This document shows, in pieces, positions 63,759 to 64,000 of a DNA stretch of 64,000 bases. Numbering within the stretch: position 1 is the stretch's first letter; every line of letters starts with the position of its first letter. The DNA lies in assembly GCA_964428725.1 (NCBI GenBank), contig CAYRYW010000002.1, forward strand, positions 27,733-91,732. The letters are read 5' to 3'. Under the pieces are notes generated by a model. That model had not been told where the DNA came from. It saw only the letters and a list, made by a program, of their open reading frames with translations, and did not search any database. The position numbers and the translations under genes were made by a program. The DNA is from an uncultured Dehalococcoidales bacterium. GTDB lineage: Bacteria > Chloroflexota > Dehalococcoidia > E44-bin15.

Positions 63759-64000
63759 ATGAAACTTCAAGAGATGGTCGAACAGTACATAGTAGAAGGT
63801 TCGGAATCGGAGGGTGTCATCAAGGCACTCAGGGACACGGACTACAAAGACTCGGACGCGTATTTCAAGATGGTCCAGCTTCTCAAGGGGCTCGCTGTAG
63901 CAAGCGCCGAGGATGAGAAGGCTGCTGCATTTTTGCGCAAGCTCAGTGATGCGCTGACGGATGTTGCCAAGAAGGTTCAAGGCAAGGCCGAAGAGTCAGC
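63759..64000 (+). CDS. hypothetical protein, 5' part (runs off window end)
   Basis: AAGGAG SD 9 nt before ATG 63759; open to end of window. Confidence 0.45.
   Translation, partial: MKLQEMVEQYIVEGSESEGVIKALRDTDYKDSDAYFKMVQLLKGLAVASAEDEKAAAFLRKLSDALTDVAKKVQGKAEES

Noticed and set aside
1-64000. Search for T4-type late promoters (TATAAATA), tRNA genes, and CRISPR arrays
   Set aside because: No TATAAATA instances were seen upstream of structural genes. Intergenic gaps are too short and lack cloverleaf-compatible sequence. No direct-repeat/spacer arrays.

Overview
The window reads as one contiguous stretch of a large, T4-like tailed-phage (myovirus) genome. Every convincing gene is on the + strand and genes are tightly packed, often with ATGA/GTGA overlaps, and I found no credible minus-strand genes, tRNAs or CRISPR arrays. 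From 1 to about 21,300 there are roughly 60 small early-type ORFs. Many are Cys-rich (CxxC) or membrane-anchored. Among them are a HicB-like orphan antitoxin, a ribbon-helix-helix (RHH)/winged-helix regulator, a Gp37/Gp68-family protein, a HAD-like phosphatase, a MazG-like NTP pyrophosphatase and a DHH/DHHA1 phosphoesterase. From about 21,385 to the end lies the virion module, with several products matching T4 structural proteins. Recognised parts are a putative small terminase, the large terminase TerL, a portal, an acidic scaffold-like protein, a prohead-protease-like protein, a gp23-like major capsid protein, three paralogous tail fibers, a tail sheath, and two tail-tube paralogs. Five inteins interrupt structural genes: three in TerL (in the P-loop, after Walker B, and in the nuclease motif), one in the portal and one in the second tube paralog. 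The most striking feature is TerL intein 2 (24224-27052). A complete homing-endonuclease gene with its own SD+ATG (24546-26963) sits in the +1 frame, with nine NUMOD3 repeats and a triplicated PD-(D/E)xK-like domain. The terminase frame nevertheless stays stop-free for about 830 codons across it, which looks like an overprinted, read-through arrangement. A second notable feature is a 16-17 nt imperfect palindrome, GCGAACT(CAA/TGA)GTTCGC, present 12 times. Most copies sit just after stop codons, and in four places directly upstream of sigma70-like TTGACA-N17-TAAATT promoters. Three copies lie inside coding sequence, two of them in intein endonuclease regions. Other points of interest are a free-standing triple-HTH + PD-(D/E)xK endonuclease gene wedged between the sheath and a sheath-domain paralog, recombining tail-fiber cassettes, a 30-nt tandem repeat inside a structural gene, and a cluster of Cys-rich membrane proteins sharing a CP(T/S)LDE motif.
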